From NCBI GenBank assembly GCA_024405635.1, contig JAKSOL010000003.1, forward strand, positions 124,046-188,045: DNA of 64,000 nt, in the 5' to 3' direction. This document shows, piece by piece, positions 1 to 10,728 of the stretch. Positions within the stretch are counted from its first letter, which is position 1, and each line of letters opens with the position of its first letter. This DNA is from Salinivirgaceae bacterium (GTDB lineage Bacteria; Bacteroidota; Bacteroidia; Bacteroidales; SZUA-534). Made by a program: the position numbers and the translations under genes. The notes under the pieces are model-generated. The model was not told where the DNA came from. It ran no database searches and saw only the letters and a program-made list of their open reading frames with translations.

Positions 1-1
1 T

Positions 2-337
2 GGCCCATATAGCCAAGCAATTGAAACAAATGGTTTTGTTTTTGTGTCTGGTCAAATTCCAATTGTTCCTCAAACCGGAAATCTTGTTGATGGCGGTATT
101 GAACAGCAAACTGAGCAAGTTTTGAAAAACATAGCAGCAATTTTAGAAGCTGCAGGTCTTTCGTTGGCCAATGTTGTAAAAACAACAGTGCTACTCAAGA
201 GCATTAACGATTTTGCAGCAATGAATGCGATATATGCAAAGTTTTTCACTAACGAAGCACCAGCGCGCGCTGCGTATGAAGTGGTTAATTTGCCAAAAGG
301 AGCTTTGATTGAGATTGAAGCTATTGCAGCTCGATAA
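2..337 (+). CDS. ridA: RidA/YjgF family enamine/imine deaminase, 5' end outside the window
   Basis: Frame is open from base 2 (GPYSQAI...FVSGQIP) with PARAAYEV and LIEIEAIA motifs. Confidence 0.92.
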   Translation, partial: GPYSQAIETNGFVFVSGQIPIVPQTGNLVDGGIEQQTEQVLKNIAAILEAAGLSLANVVKTTVLLKSINDFAAMNAIYAKFFTNEAPARAAYEVVNLPKGALIEIEAIAAR

Positions 338-350
338 GTATTTTTGTAAG

Positions 351-1376
351 TTAATTTTGTTTGCTTTTATCTGACGAGGCCCTAACTATAAGTGTTGCGG
401 GTACAATAATCTCTTTACCTTCGGCTACAGGCTTACCTTCTATTTGGTCAAACAATAGTTTAGCTGCCAAAATTCCAATTTTCAAAGGATTTTGGTCCAA
501 TGTACTTAATGCAGGTTCCATATAACTAGAGCGACGGCTGTTTGAAAAACCAACAACAGCAACATCATCAGGAATACTTAATCCTTTTTCTTTAATTGCA
601 TATAGTGCGCCAATTGCAACGTCGTCGTTAATGCCAAATATAGCATCAGGTGGATTCTTTAGGTTTAGCAATTCGCTTGTGGCTTGTTTTGCATTGTCAA
701 CGGTAAGATTGCAGCGTACAATTAAACTATTGTCAATTGGTAGCCCGTGGTTTGTTAGTGCAGCTCGGTATCCTCTAAATCTGTTGCGACCTATCAACAT
801 GTGCTCTGGGCCTGTTATTAACGCTACTCGTTTTGCTCCGTTTTCAATAAGATGAGAAACTGCCATGTATGCGGCATCGGCATCGTTAGCAACAACTTTT
901 GGCACGTTTATTTCTTTTGATGTGCGGTCAAATAGTACCAATGGTACGTTGTCGCCTTCAATTCGGTGAATATGTACAAACTCATCGGTTGCTTTTGATA
1001 GCGATACTATCATACCATCAACTCTATGATCAAGAAAACCATATACGTTTTGCATTTCTTTTATCATGTCTTCGTTTGACGATGATACAAAAACTTGATA
1101 ACCAAGTTCGTTTGCAACTTGTTCAATGCCTTGAACAACAGTAGCATAAAAGAAACTTACAATTTGAGGTACAACTACTCCAATTGAATATGTTTTGCGC
1201 GTTTTTAGGGCAACCGCCATTGTGTTTGGCCTATATTGGAGTTTAGCTGCGGTGTCGCGAACAAGTTGTTTTGTCTCGTCAGATATTTCTGGCTTGTCTT
1301 GTAGCGCTCGCGATACTGTTGAAACCGAAACCCCAAGTTCTTTGGCAATGTCTTTTATTGTTGCTGCTTTTTTCAT
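351..1376 (-). CDS. LacI family transcriptional regulator
   Basis: N-terminal TIKDIAKELGVSVSTVSRAL HTH plus sugar-binding domain (PDAIFGIND, IPDDVAVVGF). Confidence 0.95.
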   Translation of the reverse strand: MKKAATIKDIAKELGVSVSTVSRALQDKPEISDETKQLVRDTAAKLQYRPNTMAVALKTRKTYSIGVVVPQIVSFFYATVVQGIEQVANELGYQVFVSSSNEDMIKEMQNVYGFLDHRVDGMIVSLSKATDEFVHIHRIEGDNVPLVLFDRTSKEINVPKVVANDADAAYMAVSHLIENGAKRVALITGPEHMLIGRNRFRGYRAALTNHGLPIDNSLIVRCNLTVDNAKQATSELLNLKNPPDAIFGINDDVAIGALYAIKEKGLSIPDDVAVVGFSNSRRSSYMEPALSTLDQNPLKIGILAAKLLFDQIEGKPVAEGKEIIVPATLIVRASSDKSKQN

Positions 1377-1477
1377 AACAAGTAGTTGTTTTACTATAGG
1401 TATCGGTTTACCTTACAAATATATATTTTTTGAGTTCGTTTTCTTTATGGCGTTGGTTACATGTGAGAAAAACATAT

Positions 1478-1511
1478 AAAAAAAGCCGCATTCTATAGGA
1501 ATGCGGCTTTT
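1478..1511 (-). terminator. Intrinsic terminator after the glycogen operon (probably bidirectional)
   Basis: AAAAGCCGCATTC/GAATGCGGCTTTT stem with A and T runs on either side. Confidence 0.8.
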
Positions 1512-1531
1512 GTATGTTATTGCCTTTTGTA

Positions 1532-4500
1532 TTAAATCCAACGAAGCAATGGAAGGTCTTGACGATGAGGCAATTCTGGATGTTTTGCAAACACGCGAAT
1601 ACCGTAATCGTACGAACCTGGTAGGTCAAGTTGGAAATCAATTGCAAAGAATGCCATTGAATTTACCGATTTAGAAAGTGTTAATTCACGGCAACCAATG
1701 AATTTATTTCCATCAGGTTGAACAAGAACCAATTCAACGCCTATGTCGTTAATATTTAGGTCTTTAATGTCAAGGGCTACTTCGCCGTGGTAGTTTTGAC
1801 CAGTTCTAAAATCGCTATTCAATGTGTTAGGGAAGTCAACTGATACAATTTCAATTTTGTCCCAATTCTCCATAAGTTTTGCTTTCCAACTAGTAAGTTC
1901 ACGAGCCAATTGATAGTTGTTATCAATGATTTTTTTGCTGCGAACGTATTGCTTGCTATAGTATTGAGCAATGTAGTCGTCAAGCATACGTTTTGTTGTA
2001 AAGTTAGGAGCGATGCTTGCAATTGAACGTTTGATGTATTGTACCCATTCTGTTGGAACACCATCTTCGCCACGTTGGTAGAACAATGGGATGATTTCGT
2101 TCTCAAGAATACTGTAAATAGTGGCAGCATCAAGTTCGTCTTGGAATTGAGTGTCTTGGTATGTTTGTTTTTCAGTTAAAGCCCAACCAGCTTTTTCTTT
2201 GTAACCTTCGCACCACCAACCGTCAAGCACACTAAAGTTTAGTACACCATTCATTTCGGCTTTTTGACCACTTGTACCACTGGCCTCAAGTGGGCGAGTT
2301 GGGTTGTTCAACCATACGTCAACACCGCGAACCAAACGTTTTGCTAGGTCAATATCGTAGTTCTCAAGGAACAATATTTTGCCAATGAATTCAGGACGAC
2401 GCGAAATCTCAATAATGTTTTTGATAAGGTCTTGACCTGGTTTGTCGTGTGGGTGAGCTTTACCAGCAAACAAGAATTGAACTGGACGCTCTGGGTTGTT
2501 TACGATTTTAGCCAAACGGTCAATATCGCTGAACAACAAGTGTGCACGTTTGTATGTAGCAAAACGGCGAGCAAAACCAATTGTCAAGGTGTTCTCGTTA
2601 ATTGAGTTAAGAGTCTTAACGATGTATTTTGGGCTCTCGTGACGACGAATGAAACTATCCTCGTAACGTGATTTTACGTAATCGATAAGTTTTTTGCGGA
2701 GTTTGTTTCTCAAATCCCAAATAACGTTGTCTTTTACTTTGAATATTTTCTCCCAATAGTCTGTGTTTGATTGGTCTTGCATCCAACCTTCGCCAAATTC
2801 TTGCTCATACAAACGACGCCATTCGTTTGCTGTCCATGTTGGCATGTGAACACCATTGGTAACGTAGTTGATGTATAGTTCTTCTGTAAAGAAGCCTTTC
2901 CACATATATTTAAACATCTCCTTTGTTACTTCACCATGCAAGCGGCTTACACCGTTCATTTCTTGCGAAGTTTTTGTTGCCAAAACGCTCATTGAGAATT
3001 TGTCGGTTTGGCTTCCTTCGTGTTCGCGACCTAGGTTTAAGAATACCTCCCAATCAACTTTCAAGCGCTCTGGAATTGGGCGCAAGTAAGTTCTAATCAT
3101 TTGTTGGTCAAAGGCATCGTGGCCAGCGGCAACAGGTGTGTGTGTGGTAAACAATGATGATGAGCGAACTACTTCAAGAGCCTCGCCAAATGTCAAGTTC
3201 TCGTGTTGAACAAGGTCGCACAAGCGTTCAACGTTGATAAGAGCTGCGTGGCCCTCATTGCAGTGATATACGTTAGGTTTGATGCCTAATGCTTTTAATA
3301 CTCGAATACCACCCAAGCCAAGGAACATTTCTTGTTTCAATCGGTTTTCCCAGTCACCACCATAAAGTTGGTGTGTAATGGTACGATCCTCTGGTGAGTT
3401 TTCAGGGCATTCTGTATCAAGCAAATACAATGGAACGCGACCTACTTGAACTATCCAAACTTTAGCCATTACCATACGACCTGGCAGGTTCAATGTAATC
3501 ATCAAATGGTGATTGAACTCGTCAAGAACTGGTTTGATTGGAAGGCTATCAAGGTTTTGTGGAATCAAACTAGCTTGTTGCTCGCCTGATACTGTTAATT
3601 CTTGTGTAAAGTATCCGTATTTGTATAGGAAACCAATTGCAACCATGGGCATGTTAGAGTCGCTGGCTTCTTTCAAGTAGTCACCTGCCAAAATACCCAA
3701 ACCGCCCGAGAATATTTTAAGGTTGTCAGTCAAACCATACTCCATGCTGAAATAGCCAACTAGTGGCATATCGGTACGTGGAGCAACGCTCATGTATTTT
3801 GAAAAGTCGTTGTAAACTTTTTCATATTGTGCAAGGAAAACAGGGTCTTTGCTTAATTCGTTCAAACGAGCTGTTGAAACTCGTTTAAGTAAGGTGATTG
3901 GGTTCTTTTCGCTCTTTTTCCAAAGTTCTGGATCAATGTATTTAAACATATCTAGAGCTTCGTAGCTCCAACACCACCATAGGTTGTTTGAAATTTCTTC
4001 AAGATTTTCCAATTTGCTTGGTAAGTCTGAATGGATAACCATTCTTTTCCAAACAGGTTCATTACTTGTCTGTCTATTCTCCATAATATAATTTGTGATA
4101 ATCTGTGTGTCGTTAACTTTTTTTCTTGTTGAAATGCTCAAGGCTTTTTCGTACACCTCAATGTAGTATGGGAATAAGTTCTCCCAACTTATTTCTAGCG
4201 ATTGTTTACGAGCTGCTTCGCCAATTTCTTTACGTTTTTGTACTGGCATGCGGTAAACGTTTTCAATTACATCTACCAAATCGTTTACAACATCCCAATA
4301 TCCGTCTTCGTTGCGATTGATAACAGCAATACCGTCTTCAATGCCATCGGTACGTTTTTGCATCCATTGTCCAAAACCAGCCAAGTTGTCGGTAACTGTT
4401 GGAACTCCAACTGCAATACTCTCAAGTGGAGTATAGCCCCAAGGTTCGTAATATGATGGGAATGCAGTTAAATCAAATCCGCTTAGCAATTCGTAGTACG

Positions 4501-5737
4501 ACATGTTGAAAATGCCATCGTTTCCTTTTAGGTAAACAGGAACCGATACAATATTAATGTCGCTACCATCGTTGTTTAGCAACTGTAATTGGTTGCATTT
4601 ATCAAGGATAGGGTCGTATGCGTTACGGTCAAGTTCGTGAGTTAAAATACGATCGCTAATAGGTTTCATTCCTCCGTTTAGCGCGGTAATCAATTCTTGT
4701 CGAGGTCCGTAATTGTTGTTTGGTACAAGAATAAAACCAACAATCTTGTGGTCGTGTTTGGTTTGACGCAGTTTACCTAGAGCATCAATAAATACATCAA
4801 TTCCCTTGTTTTTGAATTCGTAGCGACCAGAAATAGCTACAAATAAAGTATCGTCGTCGTATTGGTTGCCAGTTAGTGCAGATGCAACTTTGGCTAATAG
4901 TTGACGTGCTTTTTTAGGGGTGTCTTTTGCAATTTTTGGCAAGTGCTCAAGTGAAAAACCATTTGGGGTAATTACATCTGGAGCATTGTTCAAAATAACC
5001 GAACATTCGGTTGCTGTAACTTTACTCACTGTTGTGTATGCCGATGCATATTTTGCCGACATTTTTTCAAGCGAGTGCTTTGCCATCACATTCAAGTCGC
5101 GAGCTTTGGTGTCGGGGTCAAAAGTGCCAAGGCTTTTATACAATGGAAGTCCGTTGCCTGCTATTGAGCGACCAAGAACGGTTGCGTGTGTTGTAAATAC
5201 TGTGCCAATTTGTGGACAATTTTGTTCAAGGTAAAGAACGCCTGCTCCTGTTTGCCATTCGTGGAATTGGGCAATAACTGGAGTGCCTTTAAGAACGTAC
5301 TTCTTAAAACTTTCAATTACCATGCCCACAGCATAACCAAACAATGCCGATTCAACATAATCCCAGTCGCCGGTAATAGAATCGAGTTTATATGTTTCCC
5401 ACCATTTAGCAAAGATTTTATCTTTTTGTGGAATTAAAACTGTATAGTCAACCAAGAATGCTGTTGGCTTGTGTGCAACGTTCCATTTGCCAATTCTAAC
5501 TCTAATACCTTCTGCTGCAATTGCTTCTCGCCATTCAGAATATAGAGTTTTATCCTCGGTGAACTCCATGTTTTGTGTGTCGCGAATAAAATCAGGACCA
5601 ACAAATATTACGTTGTCACCATATTTGGCATGTTGGTATGGCATTTTTGATGTAATAACAGTATGGATGCCTCCAACTTTGTTGCAAACTTCCCAACTTG
5701 TTTCAAAAATAAAACATGATGAGGGGGTAGTACTCAT
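1532..5737 (-). CDS. glgP: Fused GT3 glycogen synthase (N-terminal ~550 aa) and alpha-glucan phosphorylase (C-terminal ~850 aa)
   Basis: FETSWEVCNKVGGIHTV, FTTHAT, GRYEFKNKG and FPSYYEPWGYTPLE (GT3), then YFSMEYG, GGLGILAGD, NEGH, FARRFATYKR and EASGTSGQKA (PLP lysine of phosphorylase). Confidence 0.92.
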   Translation of the reverse strand: MSTTPSSCFIFETSWEVCNKVGGIHTVITSKMPYQHAKYGDNVIFVGPDFIRDTQNMEFTEDKTLYSEWREAIAAEGIRVRIGKWNVAHKPTAFLVDYTVLIPQKDKIFAKWWETYKLDSITGDWDYVESALFGYAVGMVIESFKKYVLKGTPVIAQFHEWQTGAGVLYLEQNCPQIGTVFTTHATVLGRSIAGNGLPLYKSLGTFDPDTKARDLNVMAKHSLEKMSAKYASAYTTVSKVTATECSVILNNAPDVITPNGFSLEHLPKIAKDTPKKARQLLAKVASALTGNQYDDDTLFVAISGRYEFKNKGIDVFIDALGKLRQTKHDHKIVGFILVPNNNYGPRQELITALNGGMKPISDRILTHELDRNAYDPILDKCNQLQLLNNDGSDINIVSVPVYLKGNDGIFNMSYYELLSGFDLTAFPSYYEPWGYTPLESIAVGVPTVTDNLAGFGQWMQKRTDGIEDGIAVINRNEDGYWDVVNDLVDVIENVYRMPVQKRKEIGEAARKQSLEISWENLFPYYIEVYEKALSISTRKKVNDTQIITNYIMENRQTSNEPVWKRMVIHSDLPSKLENLEEISNNLWWCWSYEALDMFKYIDPELWKKSEKNPITLLKRVSTARLNELSKDPVFLAQYEKVYNDFSKYMSVAPRTDMPLVGYFSMEYGLTDNLKIFSGGLGILAGDYLKEASDSNMPMVAIGFLYKYGYFTQELTVSGEQQASLIPQNLDSLPIKPVLDEFNHHLMITLNLPGRMVMAKVWIVQVGRVPLYLLDTECPENSPEDRTITHQLYGGDWENRLKQEMFLGLGGIRVLKALGIKPNVYHCNEGHAALINVERLCDLVQHENLTFGEALEVVRSSSLFTTHTPVAAGHDAFDQQMIRTYLRPIPERLKVDWEVFLNLGREHEGSQTDKFSMSVLATKTSQEMNGVSRLHGEVTKEMFKYMWKGFFTEELYINYVTNGVHMPTWTANEWRRLYEQEFGEGWMQDQSNTDYWEKIFKVKDNVIWDLRNKLRKKLIDYVKSRYEDSFIRRHESPKYIVKTLNSINENTLTIGFARRFATYKRAHLLFSDIDRLAKIVNNPERPVQFLFAGKAHPHDKPGQDLIKNIIEISRRPEFIGKILFLENYDIDLAKRLVRGVDVWLNNPTRPLEASGTSGQKAEMNGVLNFSVLDGWWCEGYKEKAGWALTEKQTYQDTQFQDELDAATIYSILENEIIPLFYQRGEDGVPTEWVQYIKRSIASIAPNFTTKRMLDDYIAQYYSKQYVRSKKIIDNNYQLARELTSWKAKLMENWDKIEIVSVDFPNTLNSDFRTGQNYHGEVALDIKDLNINDIGVELVLVQPDGNKFIGCRELTLSKSVNSMAFFAIDFQLDLPGSYDYGIRVFAKHPELPHRQDLPLLRWI

Positions 5738-5763
5738 TTGTAGTATAGGTTTTTGTTTTTTAG

Positions 5764-7071
5764 TTACAATTTGCTAGAACTGCTCAGAGCTAATTTTAGC
5801 TTGCTCTTAAGTTTCTTAATCTCGTCTTGTTGCGAAAGAACAGTTTTTTGTAGCTTTTCAATGTCTTGGCCTTCAATTTCGCCATACAATTCACGATTTA
5901 CACGAATTGTAAAATCGCTTAGCACGTTCATGTAGTTGATAAATGCCTCGTATGGATCTTTGTAAGGATTGAAGTATGCATGAACCTCACCATCGCTGAA
6001 CCATTTGGTTGACATGTAGTAGAAGTGGTCGCTAGTTTGTAAATACTTCCAATCTTGAAGAATTTGAGGGTCTTTAATTTTTTCCATCTTTTCGGTCAAA
6101 GCATACAACTTGCTGAATGCCTCGTTTTGCATGCTATTACCTAACCAAGCGGTAATGTCGCGTTCTTCATCGGCCCACGAAATAGGATAAGGAACATTAA
6201 TGGCTGCAACTGGTTGAACTTTCTTAATAATTGATGATGGTGTCTCAAATTTGAAGTCAGTCATGTTGAGCACAGTTTCTGGCAAACGTTCAACAAAATT
6301 GAAAATTCCAGTTTCTGCGCTTTGGTGTTCACCAAATGTTTCGTAGTCCATAAACAAGTTCACAACTTCCTCTTTGTTTGATATCTCATTGAGCCATGAT
6401 GCGTATTTCTCAGGAGTAAGAGGATAGTTTTCCCAACCTTGGTTTGAGAATCGGAACGAAATGTCGTCACTTAATACATAGTTGCGTAATAACAATTTTA
6501 GCTGAGGCTCAATTGCATTGTAGTATAAGAAATTTGGCGATTTCCAACCCAAAATGTGTTTAGCACCCTCGGTAAGCATTCCTTTGAAACCCATTTTGTA
6601 CACAGCAGCACCAATTTCGTCGGAGTATATAAGCTCGGTGTTTCGGAATACTTTTGGTTTGTAACCAAATAGCTCCTCAATTTTTGCTGTGTGGGCTTTT
6701 ACTTGTTTGCTGAAAACCTCAAATGTGGTTTGCGATGCCAATGAGTGTGAATATGTTTCAGCAAGAAATTCAACTTGGCCAGTTTTTGCCAAACGTTGAA
6801 AACTCTCAATAACTTCTGGAGCATAAAGCTCAAATTGGTCAAGAGCAATACCTGTGATTGAAAATGTTACTTTGAAGTTCTTACCATGTTTTTCAATTAG
6901 GCGCAACAACAAGTCGTTAGCTGGCAAATAGCAGCGGTGAGCCACTTTTTGCATAATTGATTCGTTGAGGTAATCGTCATAGTAATAATGGTTTTTACCC
7001 ATATCAAAGAACGAGTAGTTACGGAACCGAAATGGTTGGTGAACTTGAAAGTATAAACACAAACTCTTCAT
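5764..7071 (-). CDS. Glycoside hydrolase family 57 (alpha-amylase-like)
   Basis: YFQVHQP, ETYSHSL, FRNTELIY, FMDYETFGEHQ, SWADEERD motifs. Confidence 0.92.
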   Translation of the reverse strand: MKSLCLYFQVHQPFRFRNYSFFDMGKNHYYYDDYLNESIMQKVAHRCYLPANDLLLRLIEKHGKNFKVTFSITGIALDQFELYAPEVIESFQRLAKTGQVEFLAETYSHSLASQTTFEVFSKQVKAHTAKIEELFGYKPKVFRNTELIYSDEIGAAVYKMGFKGMLTEGAKHILGWKSPNFLYYNAIEPQLKLLLRNYVLSDDISFRFSNQGWENYPLTPEKYASWLNEISNKEEVVNLFMDYETFGEHQSAETGIFNFVERLPETVLNMTDFKFETPSSIIKKVQPVAAINVPYPISWADEERDITAWLGNSMQNEAFSKLYALTEKMEKIKDPQILQDWKYLQTSDHFYYMSTKWFSDGEVHAYFNPYKDPYEAFINYMNVLSDFTIRVNRELYGEIEGQDIEKLQKTVLSQQDEIKKLKSKLKLALSSSSKL

Positions 7072-7083
7072 GGCTTATATGTT

Positions 7084-8379
7084 TTAAATATTTTTTTCTG
7101 AAATAACTGAATTATACACTTTGTATACCTCTTTGGCTGATGCGCTCCAACGCAAGTTGTTTGCCTCGTTACGACCATTTTCGCTGATTGTTTGAGCCAA
7201 CGATGGGTAGTTGAGTATTGCGTATATAGCGTTTGCCATTTTGTCGATATCCCAAAAGTCAATCTTAATAGCGTGCTTCAATATTTCGCTTACGCCCGAT
7301 TGTTTTGAAATGATTACTGGCACACCAGACTGCATTGCCTCAAGTGGCGATATTCCGAAAGGCTCTGAAATTGATGGCATAATGTATAGGTCGCTATAGT
7401 TGAACATTTTGAACACTGCATTTCCTTTCAAGAATCCTGTGAAGTGAAATTTGTCCATAATACCCAAACTTGCAGCACGCTCTACCATTTTGTTCATCAT
7501 GTCGCCGCTACCTGCCATAACAAAGCGAACATTGTCCATACGTTTTAAAACTTTGTATGCAGCTTCAACAAAGTATTCGGGACCTTTTTGTAAGGTAATG
7601 CGGCCAAGGAAAGTTACAACTTTCTCGTCCATGCCTTTTTTCTGTTTAACTAATGCTGCTTCGTTTGGCTCAACAGCATTGTAAACGGTTACAACTTTAT
7701 CAGGCGATTGTCCGTATTTGTTAATAACAATGTCGCGAGTCAGATTACTTACAGTAATTGCACGATCTGCATTGTCAAGTCCTTCTTTTTCGATGCGGTA
7801 AACGGTTGGGTTTACGCTTCCTCCACTACGGTCAAAATCGGTTGCGTGTACGTGAACAACCAATGGTTTGCCCGAAACGCGTTTTGCTGCAATTCCTGCT
7901 GGATATGCTAGCCAATCGTGTGCGTGGATAATGTCAAAGTCGTACATTTTGGCAATTTGCTCGGCAACAAGACTATAGTAGTAAATCTCTGTGTAAAGAG
8001 AACTGCCATATTTACCAGTAAATGGAATGCAACCTTGCTCGTTTACCTCAACTATGCGCGATTTGTTAGTTGTACTTTTGCTTACAAGTTCAAAATATTC
8101 CTCTGGAGTAGAGTAGGGTACAAGGTTAGAATCAACTTGCAAGTATTCAAGGTTACTGACGTATGAGTCGTCAGTAAAACGAGTGATTTTAACTGGAATG
8201 TTGCCTGCACCAACAAGTTTTATGGCATCTTGTGGTTCGTCGCCATAGGCTTTTGGCACAACAAATATCACTTCCAAGTTAGGTATTTCAGACATTCCTT
8301 TGGTCAAACCATAGCATGCTGTTCCTAAACCACCAGAAATATGAGGTGGGAATTCCCAACCAAACATTAATACTCTCAT
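7084..8379 (-). CDS. GT4 glycosyltransferase of the glycogen operon
   Basis: MRVLMFGWEFPPHISGGLG, HAHDW, EPFGISPLEA. Confidence 0.9.
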   Translation of the reverse strand: MRVLMFGWEFPPHISGGLGTACYGLTKGMSEIPNLEVIFVVPKAYGDEPQDAIKLVGAGNIPVKITRFTDDSYVSNLEYLQVDSNLVPYSTPEEYFELVSKSTTNKSRIVEVNEQGCIPFTGKYGSSLYTEIYYYSLVAEQIAKMYDFDIIHAHDWLAYPAGIAAKRVSGKPLVVHVHATDFDRSGGSVNPTVYRIEKEGLDNADRAITVSNLTRDIVINKYGQSPDKVVTVYNAVEPNEAALVKQKKGMDEKVVTFLGRITLQKGPEYFVEAAYKVLKRMDNVRFVMAGSGDMMNKMVERAASLGIMDKFHFTGFLKGNAVFKMFNYSDLYIMPSISEPFGISPLEAMQSGVPVIISKQSGVSEILKHAIKIDFWDIDKMANAIYAILNYPSLAQTISENGRNEANNLRWSASAKEVYKVYNSVISEKNI

Positions 8380-8380
8380 A

Positions 8381-10447
8381 CTATTTCTTTCCTTTCTTGG
8401 TTTCTTTCTTTTCGGTTGAAGCTTTTTTGCTTGTTGTTTTTGCTTCAGCTTTTGGTGCTACAACTTTTTTTGTTTTGGTTGTTTTTGCTACAATTTCATT
8501 TGCCTCTTGTATTGCAGCTGTGCTGTTAAGTTGGAATACTAATTTAAGCAAGCAAGCTGTATTCATTGCAAACGAAATGGCACCTTTTCCTTTGTATGGT
8601 GGGTCTCCATGATACAACTCTGAAACTGAGCAAATGCCCGCCATGGTCATTTCTTTTTCAAAATTGTCAACAAACTCGGCAATTTTTGCATTCAACATTC
8701 TTGGTTGAATTTTTGCCAAAGTGTCGATGTAGAACGACAATAACCAAGGCCAAACTGAACCATTGTAGGCTGCATTTTCGCGGCGGTCTTGGTTGCCTTT
8801 GTATAGTGAAATGTATTGCGAGTCTGATGGCGAAAGTGAACGCATTCCGTAAGGGGTAAGTAATTGACTTTCGGCCAATCGAAATGCTTTCTTAATTTGG
8901 TCTTTTTCAAGTGGGCAATAGTCTAGCGCGCAAGCAATTACTTGGTTTGGTCTCATTTGCCAATTTGCTCCATATTCGTTTACGTGGTCGGCAAGATAGC
9001 CTTTCTCTTCGCTCCAGAATATTTTGCTATAGTTTTCAAGCACTTTAACTGCTATAGGTTCCCATGCTTTAATAAATGCGTGGTCTTTGTTTTCGTGACT
9101 CTTGGCTAGTGCGTATTCAATAGCATTGTACCATAGTGCATTGGTTTCAACAACATAACCATTACGCGAAGTAACTGGGCGGCCACCAATCACAGCATTC
9201 ATCCATGTGTTTGCTACGGTGTTGTGGTTGTTGTATATAAGTCCGTTGTCGTCAACTTTAAAGTGATAGTTTTGAGTCAGGTAGCTATTAAGAATCTTTT
9301 TAACCTCTTTGCCGTATTGTTTCCAGATGTTTTCGGCTGGGAACATTTTTTCAAGTTGTTGGATGCACCAAATAAACCACAAAGCAATGTCTGATTGGAA
9401 TTCGTAACTATCGGTGTTTGTGAATTCGCCCATTAGGCAACCATCGCTGTGCGAAAGTATTGTGGATAAAACGCTTTTGTAAATGGTAGGATTTTGCGAT
9501 CCGTTGAGCAAACCTGGCAACGCAATTAATGCATCGCGAGTGCGTGCAGGTAACCATGGGTATCCTGCTAATATGTGAGTTTGCTTACCATCGGTCATAA
9601 AGAACTGTGATGCACTATTTATCAAGAAGTTGGTAAAACTGTTGCGAGGTACGCGGTTCTTTATCTCGTTGCTAAATTTGGTTTTAAGCGTTTGTGGATT
9701 AGCCTCGTTCAAACCAGCTGATATAATAATGCTTTCTCCTTTTTTGATTGATGTCTCAAAGTATCCAGGAACAAACAAGTCTTCCTTGAAATCGTAACCG
9801 CGACTTTGTTCTTTCATGTACTCAATGTTGTAGTACCAATCAGGTGCAGGAACAAATTCACATTTTTTTGAACTTTGAATGTATAGGTCTGGGTATGGAC
9901 TATACAAACGAGCTGAAATGCCGTTTTCTACTTCGCGAACCTTTGTGTTAGCATCCATATTGGCTTTGCTCAGCGCGTGTATGTTGCGGAATGCCAAAAA
10001 TGGTTTGAAACGAATTTTAGTTTCGCTATGAGCATCAAGCAATGTGTATTTGATGAGAATACGTGGCTCGTTGTAAACCAAAATCTTTTCTTTCGAAATC
10101 AATACGCCACCCACGCGATAAACCAAAGTTGGAATAGGGTTGCTTTTGAAATCGGTTATGTACTTGTGCCCTTTTGGCTCGTAGTTGTCTCCTTCGTATT
10201 TGTGCAATCCAAGGTTGAATTCACAATCGTGTTGAATGATTGTTTCGTCAAGACTTGATAATAGTACGTGGCGGCCTCCGTCAAGTGCGGGGAGTGGGGT
10301 TACCAACAATCCGTGATACTTGCGGGTGTTGCAGCCAATAACTGTAGTGCACGAGTAGGAGCCTGCTCGGTTGGTTCGCAAAACCTCTTTCTTTAGAGAT
10401 TTTTCAAGGTTGACCAGTTCTTTCTTGTTGAATTCCAAAGAGTTCAT
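8381..10447 (-). CDS. Glycogen debranching enzyme / amylo-alpha-1,6-glucosidase (GH133-like)
   Basis: TNRAGSY...NTRKYHGLL N-terminal domain, AGYPW, RPNQ, YNGSVWPWL; operon context. Confidence 0.88.
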   Translation of the reverse strand: MNSLEFNKKELVNLEKSLKKEVLRTNRAGSYSCTTVIGCNTRKYHGLLVTPLPALDGGRHVLLSSLDETIIQHDCEFNLGLHKYEGDNYEPKGHKYITDFKSNPIPTLVYRVGGVLISKEKILVYNEPRILIKYTLLDAHSETKIRFKPFLAFRNIHALSKANMDANTKVREVENGISARLYSPYPDLYIQSSKKCEFVPAPDWYYNIEYMKEQSRGYDFKEDLFVPGYFETSIKKGESIIISAGLNEANPQTLKTKFSNEIKNRVPRNSFTNFLINSASQFFMTDGKQTHILAGYPWLPARTRDALIALPGLLNGSQNPTIYKSVLSTILSHSDGCLMGEFTNTDSYEFQSDIALWFIWCIQQLEKMFPAENIWKQYGKEVKKILNSYLTQNYHFKVDDNGLIYNNHNTVANTWMNAVIGGRPVTSRNGYVVETNALWYNAIEYALAKSHENKDHAFIKAWEPIAVKVLENYSKIFWSEEKGYLADHVNEYGANWQMRPNQVIACALDYCPLEKDQIKKAFRLAESQLLTPYGMRSLSPSDSQYISLYKGNQDRRENAAYNGSVWPWLLSFYIDTLAKIQPRMLNAKIAEFVDNFEKEMTMAGICSVSELYHGDPPYKGKGAISFAMNTACLLKLVFQLNSTAAIQEANEIVAKTTKTKKVVAPKAEAKTTSKKASTEKKETKKGKK

Positions 10448-10590
10448 TTTATATAGTCTTATGAACAGTTACTTTTTTTACAAATGCAAAGAAACAAAAA
10501 AAACAGTCAAGGATTTTTTCGTCTCGTCAATATTCTTGTTAAGTTTTTGCTCAATTGTAAATATACGATTGCCAAATCTTTGCAAGTGCT

Positions 10591-10608
10591 TACGGAAACG
10601 TTTGTGTA
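10591..10608. promoter_or_regulatory. Candidate LacI-family operator upstream of the glycogen operon
   Basis: Imperfect palindrome TACggAAACGTTTgtGTA with central CG; a LacI gene follows the operon. Confidence 0.4.
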
Positions 10609-10728
10609 TTTTTTTTGTGTACAAAATATGTGCTTTTGGCAAAATAATCGTTTGGTTATGTTTTAAAATGAAAGTAGCCCAAAAGATTTTATCTATTGGG
10701 CTACCTGCTTCTTTATGTCGTGTTAATG

